A stretch of DNA of 42,630 nucleotides, from assembly GCA_945877865.1 (NCBI GenBank), contig CAMDVX010000002.1, forward strand, positions 1 to 42,630, read 5' to 3'. Under the pieces are notes generated by a model that was given only the letters and a program-made list of their open reading frames with translations, did not search any database and was not told the origin of the DNA. How positions within the stretch are numbered: the stretch's first letter is position 1; every line of letters begins with the position of its first letter. This DNA is from Bifidobacterium breve. Its GTDB lineage: Bacteria; Actinomycetota; Thermoleophilia; Gaiellales; F1-60-MAGs149. The translations under genes were made by a program, and so were the position numbers. Below, one piece after another: positions 36,154-42,630 of this stretch.

Positions 36154-38355
36154 ATGCCGACGACGCCTACCGTTCTCAACCCGGCCGCAGAGCTGCACCG
36201 TGTCCTCCTTGACGAGCTGGTCGAGGATGTCCTTGAGTACGCGCCCGACGTCGATGTTGAGCTGCTCGCCGCTGCCTTCGAGTTGTCGTGTATCCACCAC
36301 GACGGGCAGGTGCGGCGCAGCGGCGAGCCGTTCGTCTACCACCCGTGGGGTGTTGCCAAGATTTGCGCACAGCTGCGGCAGCCGGAGAGCGTGCTGATCG
36401 GAGCACTGCTGCACGATGTCATCGAAGACACCGAGGCCACGGCCGAGCAGATTGACCAGCGCTTTGGTCCCGAGGTGCGGCTGCTCGTCGAGGGGGTCAC
36501 GAAGCTCTCTAAGATCCAGTTCGCCTCGCGTGAGGAGGCCGAGGCAGAGAACTACCGCAAGATGATCCTGTCGATGGCCGAGGACATCCGCGTCATCGTC
36601 ATCAAGCTCGCTGACCGGCTGCACAACATGCGGACGCTGTCGTTTCTGCCGAAGCAGAAGCAGCTGCAGAAGGCCAAGGAGACGATCGAGGTCTACGCTC
36701 CGCTCGCGCACCGGCTCGGCATCCACTCAATGAAGTGGGAGCTGGAGGATCTCGCCTTCGCCACGCTCTACCCCCGCAAGTACAGCGAGATCGAGTCGAT
36801 GGTCAACGAGCGGCGGGCGGACCGGGAGCGATTCGTCAGCGAGGCCGGCCAGCTGCTGCTCGTCGAGCTCGAGGGAGTCGGCGTTACGGCCGCCATCGCT
36901 GGACGGGCCAAGCACTTCTTCTCCATCTACGAGAAGATGACGCGGCGCGGCAAGGAGTTCAACGAGATCTACGACCTCACCGCGATGCGCGTGATCGTCG
37001 AATCGGACCGCGATTGCTACGGCGCGATCGGAGTCATCCACGCGCTCTGGAAGCCGATGCCTGGCCGCTTCAAGGATTTCATCGCCGTTCCCAAGTCGAA
37101 CGGCTACCAGTCGCTGCACACCACGATCATCGGCCCACACGGTAAGCCGCTCGAGATTCAGGTCCGGACGCAGCAGATGCATCAGCGGGCCGAGTACGGC
37201 GTCGCAGCGCACTGGCTCTACAAGGATCGGTCCGCCATGGCAACCCAATGGCTGACTGACCTCGTTGACGTCGCGGAAGGTGATCCGCAAGGCTACCTCG
37301 ACGAGCTGCGAACGGGGCTCATGGATGAGGAGGTCTTCGTCTTCACGCCCAAGGGCGAGCTGAAGGCGCTGGCTGCCGGTGCGACGCCGCTCGACTTCGC
37401 CTACGCGGTGCACACCGACGTCGGCCACCGCTGCGTTGGTGCCAAGGTCAACGGACGCATCGTCTCGCTCTCCTCAACGCTGACCTCAGGCGACATCGTC
37501 GAGGTGCTCACGTCCAAAGCAGACCGGGGGCCGTCGCGCGACTGGCTCGGCGTCGTGACAACCACGCGGGCGCGCAACAAGATTCGGGCGTGGTTTGCCC
37601 GTGAGCAGCGCGAGGACACGGAGCAGAAGGGGCGCGACCTGCTCCAGCAGGCGTTGCGTCAGAACCGCCTGCCGACGCAGCGCATCGCCTCGTCGCCCGT
37701 CCTGGCCGGCGTCATGCGCGAGATGGGGTATCGCAAAGCCGAGGAGTTCTACGTCGCCCTCGGGGCGAGCAACATCACCGTCCCGCAGGTGCTGCAGAAG
37801 CTGCTGGCGCACCTCCGGACAGAGGAGGTTGAGCCGGCTCCGGCACCCTCGCGTCGTGCCGGAGCCCGTGGACGGGCGCTCGCCTCCAACGCGTACGGCA
37901 TCATCGTCGACGGCGTCGACGGGGCCGGCGTGATGGTGCGGATGGCCAAGTGCTGCACCCCGGTACCTGGCGACGAGATCGTCGGCTACATCTCGGTCGG
38001 CCGGGGCATCACGATCCATCGCGAGGACTGCCCAAACTCGCGCCAGCTCGCGCGCTCTCCCGAGCGCTTCACGAAGGTCGCGTGGAGCGGCGACGACCCC
38101 GACGCCTCGTTCCGGGTTGGCGTGTCGGTTGAGGCCTGGGACCGCCCGCGGCTGCTGGAGGATGTTGGGCGGACCGTCGCGGAGCATGGCTGCAACGTCG
38201 TCGAGTATGGCGGGCACGTCAGCGAGGGCATGGCGCGCAACTGGTACGTGCTTGAGATCGGCGACCTCCGGTCGCTCAAGTCAGTCCTGTCCGCCTTGCG
38301 TCAGCTCGAGTCCGTCGTCGATGCGTTCCGCGTCACGCCAGGCGAGCGGCCCTAG
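36154..38355 (+). CDS. rel: bifunctional (p)ppGpp synthetase/hydrolase Rel
   Basis: ATG at 36154 (MPTTPTVLNP). HD hydrolase domain (YHPWGVA, LLHDVIEDT), synthetase domain (FKDFIAVPKSNGYQSLHTT, EIQVRT..MH..AEYGVAAHW.YK), TGS domain (VFVFTPKG) and ACT-like C-terminus. The track ORF from 35914 overlaps recJ and is rejected. Confidence 0.9.
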   Translation: MPTTPTVLNPAAELHRVLLDELVEDVLEYAPDVDVELLAAAFELSCIHHDGQVRRSGEPFVYHPWGVAKICAQLRQPESVLIGALLHDVIEDTEATAEQIDQRFGPEVRLLVEGVTKLSKIQFASREEAEAENYRKMILSMAEDIRVIVIKLADRLHNMRTLSFLPKQKQLQKAKETIEVYAPLAHRLGIHSMKWELEDLAFATLYPRKYSEIESMVNERRADRERFVSEAGQLLLVELEGVGVTAAIAGRAKHFFSIYEKMTRRGKEFNEIYDLTAMRVIVESDRDCYGAIGVIHALWKPMPGRFKDFIAVPKSNGYQSLHTTIIGPHGKPLEIQVRTQQMHQRAEYGVAAHWLYKDRSAMATQWLTDLVDVAEGDPQGYLDELRTGLMDEEVFVFTPKGELKALAAGATPLDFAYAVHTDVGHRCVGAKVNGRIVSLSSTLTSGDIVEVLTSKADRGPSRDWLGVVTTTRARNKIRAWFAREQREDTEQKGRDLLQQALRQNRLPTQRIASSPVLAGVMREMGYRKAEEFYVALGASNITVPQVLQKLLAHLRTEEVEPAPAPSRRAGARGRALASNAYGIIVDGVDGAGVMVRMAKCCTPVPGDEIVGYISVGRGITIHREDCPNSRQLARSPERFTKVAWSGDDPDASFRVGVSVEAWDRPRLLEDVGRTVAEHGCNVVEYGGHVSEGMARNWYVLEIGDLRSLKSVLSALRQLESVVDAFRVTPGERP

Positions 38356-38391
38356 CGGGTCCGGCTCCGCGCCCGTGAGCGCGTCGACGAT

Positions 38392-39567
38392 TCAGGCACG
38401 CGCGCCGGGTCCATAGGCGCAGCGGTTCTCGATCCCCCGCACGAATCGGTCGGGGGCGAGGTTGCTCACATCGATCGTCGGGCTGCTGCCGCAGACGAGG
38501 TCTGCCATCACGCGGCCGATGGCCGGGCTGGACTTGAGTCCGTGGCCGGACCAGCCAGCGCAGAGCCAGAGGTCGGTGATGCCCGGGACAGGCCCGACGA
38601 GCGGGTGCCAGTCGGGCGTGTGGTCGTAGGCGCCGCCCCAGCCGCCGACGAGCTGCGCGTTTGCGAGCGACGGGAAGCGCGCCGCCAAAGCAGAACGGAT
38701 CGACGCCTCATAGCCCGGCAGCAGGTCACGCTGACAGTCGTCGCGCACCGCGATCAACGGCGTGTCCGGCTGGTAGGCGACGACCCAGATGTCGCGCCCG
38801 GCCGCAGACCGAACCACCACATTTGACACGGCGTCGGAGGTGACGGCAGCAGGCGGGATCGCGCCGGGCACCAGCCGCAGAACCGCAACCTGGATGCGAC
38901 CGAGCGCCATCGGCGGAGCCCAGCCCGCAGGTGCAAGCAGCTCAGGCGACCAGCCGCCGGTGGCGACGATCGTCTGGCCGGCACGAATCCTCTCACCGCT
39001 CGCAAGCTGCACCCCGACTGCTCGTCCGCCTTCCAGCAGGAGGGACGAAACGTCAGCGCTCTGCCGCACCTCGAGGCCACGGGCCAAGCCGTCCGCCAGC
39101 CACGACAGAATCATCAGACGGCTCTCGCAGACGCCGCCCCCCGGCGCGTAGGCCGCGCCGCCGACGCCGTCGAGCGACAGGAGCGGCTCGACCTCGCAGA
39201 GCTCGTCCGGCTCCAGGAAGTGCGTCTCCAAGCCAAGCTCGCGCTGCAGCGCCACCTGCGCCCGGCAGGTCGCGACCAAGTGGTCGGGCACGGGCAGCAG
39301 GTAACCGGTTGGCACGAAGCCGCTGCCGCCGACGCCGACCTGCGCGTCCCAATCGGCAAGAATCTCCGTTCCGGCCATCGCCAGCTGGATCAGGACCGGA
39401 TTCGTGTAGTGGCGGCGCACCATGCCAAACGTCAGCCCCGAATCGCCACAGCCGGGCGATCCGCGGTCGAGGAGCAGCACGCGCCCAGCGCCGCGACGGA
39501 CGAGCGCATTAGCCGTTGACGTCCCAACTAGACCGCTGCCGATTACGCAAACGTCGTACGTTGTCAT
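38392..39567 (-). CDS. FAD-dependent oxidoreductase (DAO family; sarcosine/glycine/D-amino-acid oxidase-like)
   Basis: YDVCVIGSGLVGTSTANALVRRG is a GxGxxG Rossmann N-terminus. 391 aa, with a DAO-like C-terminus GWSGHGLKSSPAIG. Confidence 0.8.
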   Translation of the reverse strand: MTTYDVCVIGSGLVGTSTANALVRRGAGRVLLLDRGSPGCGDSGLTFGMVRRHYTNPVLIQLAMAGTEILADWDAQVGVGGSGFVPTGYLLPVPDHLVATCRAQVALQRELGLETHFLEPDELCEVEPLLSLDGVGGAAYAPGGGVCESRLMILSWLADGLARGLEVRQSADVSSLLLEGGRAVGVQLASGERIRAGQTIVATGGWSPELLAPAGWAPPMALGRIQVAVLRLVPGAIPPAAVTSDAVSNVVVRSAAGRDIWVVAYQPDTPLIAVRDDCQRDLLPGYEASIRSALAARFPSLANAQLVGGWGGAYDHTPDWHPLVGPVPGITDLWLCAGWSGHGLKSSPAIGRVMADLVCGSSPTIDVSNLAPDRFVRGIENRCAYGPGARA

Positions 39568-39655
39568 GACTGGACGGTATCATTCCGTCCGTGAGGCCCC
39601 CCCTCGCCGGCGATCCCGTTGGTTCGCTGATCGACAATGAAAGCGGGTAGTTGCT

Positions 39656-40156
39656 ATGGCTGACATTCTGGCCGGTGAGAATCTGATCTGGGAGGGGCGG
39701 CCAACGTGGCGCTGGTCCTTCTCGTTCATGCTGAAGTGGGGTCTGCCTTCGCTGATCCCCGCGATCGTCGGCATCGTTTTGTCGATCGCGTCAAGCGTGC
39801 CCGCGTGGCCGTTCATCGTCGCCACGCTCGTGCTGCTTGCGATCGTGCTCCTGCTCTCGTGGGTACGGCGGCTCGACACGTGGTACACCGTGACGACGCG
39901 CCGGCTGATCGTTCGGCACGGCATCCTCAACCGGAACGAGCGCAGCGCCAGCCTTGAGCGCATCCAGAACGTCAACACCGGTCAGGGCCTCTACGGCCGC
40001 ATCCTCAACTTCGGCGACGTCGAGTTCGACACCGCTGGGTCGGAGATCGGCGATGCTGAGCTCGCGCTGCGCGGAGTTAAGGATCCGCACAAGCTTCGTG
40101 ACGTGCTTGACATGGAGCTGCTGAAGCGCGATCCCGCGCCAAGCTCGGGGATCTAA
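39656..40156 (+). CDS. membrane protein with bacterial PH (bPH_2/YdbS-like) domain
   Basis: 166 aa. Two predicted TM helices are followed by Y.VT.RRLI...G.L.R....A.L..IQNV...QG...R.L.FG.V.F.T. Confidence 0.7.
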   Translation: MADILAGENLIWEGRPTWRWSFSFMLKWGLPSLIPAIVGIVLSIASSVPAWPFIVATLVLLAIVLLLSWVRRLDTWYTVTTRRLIVRHGILNRNERSASLERIQNVNTGQGLYGRILNFGDVEFDTAGSEIGDAELALRGVKDPHKLRDVLDMELLKRDPAPSSGI

Positions 40157-40197
40157 CACCCGACGAGGTTCGCCTCAGGATGCAGCCTAGGAGGGGC

Positions 40198-40235
40198 GGG
40201 TGTTGTGGCGCGGAGCAATCGGCGCGACAACACCC
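40198..40235. terminator. GC-rich hairpin between convergent genes (possible bidirectional terminator)
   Basis: GGGTGTTGT (40198-40206) pairs with ACAACACCC (40227-40235), with additional GCGC pairing inside. It lies between the stops at 40156 (+) and 40246 (-). No clear U-tract. Confidence 0.4.
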
Positions 40236-40245
40236 GCGGCGCTAC

Positions 40246-40596
40246 CTACGGCTCCCAGCGCTCGCCGCCGATGTCCCAGCCGACGAGGCAGTACGGGCTG
40301 ATCAGGTCAACGATGCGCTCCCAGGCCACTCGGTCCTCGGCAGCAAGCGTGGTGGTTACGACCAGCTCGGCGACGATGTCGCCGTTGTAGGTGATCGGCA
40401 TGACGTCGAGCAGGCGGGCCTGGTGGCCGGCCCACGGCCCGTCCGTAAACGCGCCTTCCTCAACGAAGCGAATGCCCACGCCGGCCTCGTACTGCTCAGC
40501 AAGCAGGTCGACGGTGGCGCGGAGGATCTCGTCGGCCTCTTCGGCACCCTGCACGATGGACTCAACGGCGGCGATGGCGGCTGCGTCGCGGCTCAT
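40246..40596 (-). CDS. small conserved hypothetical protein (possibly a GAF-like fold)
   Basis: 116 aa. Coding-like composition, and translationally coupled (ATGA overlap at 40593-40596) to the upstream phosphomannomutase gene. I recognise no confident family. Confidence 0.55.
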   Translation of the reverse strand: MSRDAAAIAAVESIVQGAEEADEILRATVDLLAEQYEAGVGIRFVEEGAFTDGPWAGHQARLLDVMPITYNGDIVAELVVTTTLAAEDRVAWERIVDLISPYCLVGWDIGGERWEP

Positions 40597-41939
40597 GCGC
40601 GGATCACCGCGAGGACCTCGTCGCGACGGCGAATCATCTCGGTCTCGCTGCCAGCCTCAAGGTTGAGCCGCAGCAGCGGCTCGGTGTTTGACGGCCTGAC
40701 GTTGCAGCGCCACGTGTCGTGGTCAATCGAAATGCCATCGAGGTGCGTGATCACACCTCCCGGGCCAAAGCGATCCTTGATCTCCTGCAGCTTGAGCGCG
40801 ACATCGGGGACCGGCGTGTTGAGCTCACCGGTCAGGTGGTACCGCTCCCGCAGCGGACGGAGGAGCTCGACGAGCGTTGTGCCGCTGCGAGACACGAGCT
40901 GCAGCACGAGCAGCGCGGGGGCGATTCCCGTGTCGACGCCGTAGAACTCTCGGAAGTAGTAGTGCCCGGAGACCTCACCAGCGAACGCTGCCCCCGTCTC
41001 CTTGATTGCCACCTTGATGAAGGCGTGACCGACGCGGGAGACCTGTGCGGTGCCCCCGCAGCGCTCGACCGTATCCGGCACTGCCCGCGAGGCGCGGACG
41101 TCGTAGAGGATCGTCGCGCCTGAGTGGTGCTTGAGCACCTCCTCCGCAAGCAGGGCCGTGATGAAGTCACCGGGAACGAAGCCACCATCCTCGTCGATGA
41201 AGAAGCAGCGATCTGCGTCGCCATCCCACGCGATTCCGATGGAGCCTGGCCGCTCGAGCACCTGCTTGGTGATGAACGCGCGGTTCTCCTCGAGCAGCGG
41301 GTTCGGCTGGTGGTCCGGGAAGGCGCCGTCGGGCTGAAGAAAGTGCTCCGTCGCGTTAATTGGAAGGCGACCAAGGATCGGGCCGAGCATGGTTCCGGCC
41401 ATTCCGCTGCCACCGTCGAGGACCACAGCGAGCGGGCGGATTGCCGCTAGGTCGATGAGCGAGAGCATCTTCTCGGCGTAGGCTGGTAGAACATCGACGG
41501 GGGTTGCAGTGCCGGGCTGATCGACGGGTGGCAACGGGCTGCCCAGGGCCATCGTCTTGACCTCGTTGAGGCCGGAGGCGCTGCCGACGGGCTGCGCCTC
41601 TGCGCGGACGATCTTCATGCCGTTGTACTCGGCTGGGTTATGCGATGCGGTGACGATGAGGCCACCGTCGAGGCCGGCATCGGCGACGGCGAAGTAGAGC
41701 ATCTCCGTGCCGATCTCGCCGAGCACTGAGACGTCAGCACCACCGTCGAGGGCCCCTCGAATGGCCGCCTCCGCCAACGCGGGGGAGGAGAGGCGCATGT
41801 CATGGCCGATCGCCACGCGCTTTGCTTTGAAGACCTCAATGTAGGCCCGTGCCACTCGGTAGGCGCCGTCGGCATCGAGCTGGTCGGGGACGATGCCGCG
41901 GACGTCGTAGGCCTTGAAGATTGCAGGATCAAGCGTCAT
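40593..41939 (-). CDS. phosphomannomutase/phosphoglucomutase (alpha-D-phosphohexomutase family)
   Basis: Motifs FKAYDVRG, active-site TASHNPAEYNGMK, metal loop AWDGDADR, GEVSGH, and RPSNTEP. The start was moved to the ATG at 41939 (MTLDP...), which overlaps the HIT gene stop as ATGA. Confidence 0.9.
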   Translation of the reverse strand: MTLDPAIFKAYDVRGIVPDQLDADGAYRVARAYIEVFKAKRVAIGHDMRLSSPALAEAAIRGALDGGADVSVLGEIGTEMLYFAVADAGLDGGLIVTASHNPAEYNGMKIVRAEAQPVGSASGLNEVKTMALGSPLPPVDQPGTATPVDVLPAYAEKMLSLIDLAAIRPLAVVLDGGSGMAGTMLGPILGRLPINATEHFLQPDGAFPDHQPNPLLEENRAFITKQVLERPGSIGIAWDGDADRCFFIDEDGGFVPGDFITALLAEEVLKHHSGATILYDVRASRAVPDTVERCGGTAQVSRVGHAFIKVAIKETGAAFAGEVSGHYYFREFYGVDTGIAPALLVLQLVSRSGTTLVELLRPLRERYHLTGELNTPVPDVALKLQEIKDRFGPGGVITHLDGISIDHDTWRCNVRPSNTEPLLRLNLEAGSETEMIRRRDEVLAVIRA

Positions 41940-42433
41940 GGCTGAGAGGGTACCCATGCTTCGGTGATGAGACGCCAGGAATCGTCGAGGTGCTGTGCCA
42001 TCACGCGCGTGTCTGCGAGCACAGGCATGAAGTTCGTATCCCCGTTCCAGCGTGGCACGACGTGGAGGTGCAGGTGGCCCTCAATGCCAGCGCCGGCGGT
42101 GCGCCCGAGGTTGAGGCCAGCATTGGCGCCGTGTGGCTTGAGCGTTCGCTCGAGCGCTTGGAGCGCGTGATCGAGCAGCTCCCACAGCTCGGCTCGCTCC
42201 CGAGCGTCGAGCTCGCCCGGCGAGGCGACGTGCCGGTACGGCGCGATCAGCAGGTGCCCGTTGGTGTACGGGTAGAGGTTGAGGATGACGAAGCACGTCT
42301 CGCCACGGTGGACGATCAGGGTCTCACGGTCGTCGTCTGTTGCAGGGGTGGCGCAGAAGATGCACGCGAGAGGATCGTCCCCAGAGGCCGCCTTGACGAA
42401 CTCGAGCCGCCACGGTGCCCAGAGTCGCTTCAT
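41936..42433 (-). CDS. HIT-family nucleotide hydrolase/transferase (Ap4A phosphorylase-like)
   Basis: 165 aa. Motifs CIFC, LNLYPYTNGHLLI, and the histidine triad GHLHLHVVPRW. Confidence 0.85.
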   Translation of the reverse strand: MKRLWAPWRLEFVKAASGDDPLACIFCATPATDDDRETLIVHRGETCFVILNLYPYTNGHLLIAPYRHVASPGELDARERAELWELLDHALQALERTLKPHGANAGLNLGRTAGAGIEGHLHLHVVPRWNGDTNFMPVLADTRVMAQHLDDSWRLITEAWVPSQP

Positions 42434-42475
42434 GCGTGCAGCGTATCCGCCTCGTGCTGCCGCCGGTACGCTCGC

Positions 42476-42630
42476 GTGGTGGCACCCGTACCTGACATCA
42501 CTGCTTTGGCGGTCACGCTCGCGCCCACGTTGGTGGCCCCGGCTCCAGCAGCCACCGCCAGCGTGATGATCTGCCTGCGCGAGGGTAGCCGCGGCACAGA
42601 GGTGCTGCTGTGTCTGCGGGCAACGCGTGA
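42476..42630 (+). CDS. 5' end of an unidentified gene running off the window (weak NUDIX-like N-terminal pattern)
   Basis: The frame containing ...ASVMICLREGSRGTEVLLCLRATR is open to the window end. Candidate starts are the GTGs at 42476/42479 or the ATG at 42566. Far too short for a firm call. Confidence 0.3.
   Translation, partial: MVAPVPDITALAVTLAPTLVAPAPAATASVMICLREGSRGTEVLLCLRATR

Overview
42.6 kb of very GC-rich (about 70% by eye) actinobacterial-type chromosome. The cell-surface repeat protein at the left edge and the gene order suggest a Thermoleophilia/Solirubrobacterales-like organism, but that is inference. I call about 42 protein genes, one tRNA(CAT) and one SAM-I riboswitch. I saw no CRISPR array, transposase, integrase, phage gene or recognisable defence gene. 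The many long alternative-frame and antisense ORFs in the six-frame track are high-GC artefacts. Several track ORFs carry false N-terminal extensions, which I trimmed using homology-typical N-termini, SD sequences and stop/start coupling. Left third (1-16.6 kb) is accessory metabolism. It holds a minus-strand acyl-CoA set: crotonase, PaaK-like ligase, family III CoA-transferase, class V aminotransferase and a malyl-CoA-lyase-like HpcH/CitE enzyme, with a divergent LysR regulator and an oddly embedded small secreted beta-trefoil-like protein. It then holds a tightly coupled eight-gene minus-strand operon encoding a B12-dependent diol/glycerol dehydratase (fused large+medium subunit, small subunit, two-subunit reactivase), an SDR, a catalytically dead SDR-like protein, a second SDR and an Asp-nucleophile (epoxide-hydrolase/dehalogenase-type) alpha/beta hydrolase. 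This operon has no microcompartment shell, aldehyde dehydrogenase or adenosyltransferase genes in view. It is my best candidate for an undescribed system: a shell-less vicinal-diol, possibly epoxide-derived, conversion pathway. An orphan phosphoribulokinase-family gene lies divergent from it. The right two-thirds is conserved housekeeping: metY-metX-metW behind a SAM-I riboswitch, pdxST, yebC, nucleoside hydrolase, ruvCAB, queA-tgt, yajC-secDF, recJ, rel, and HIT-phosphomannomutase. All functional calls come from my own reading of the translated ORFs; no database search was possible.
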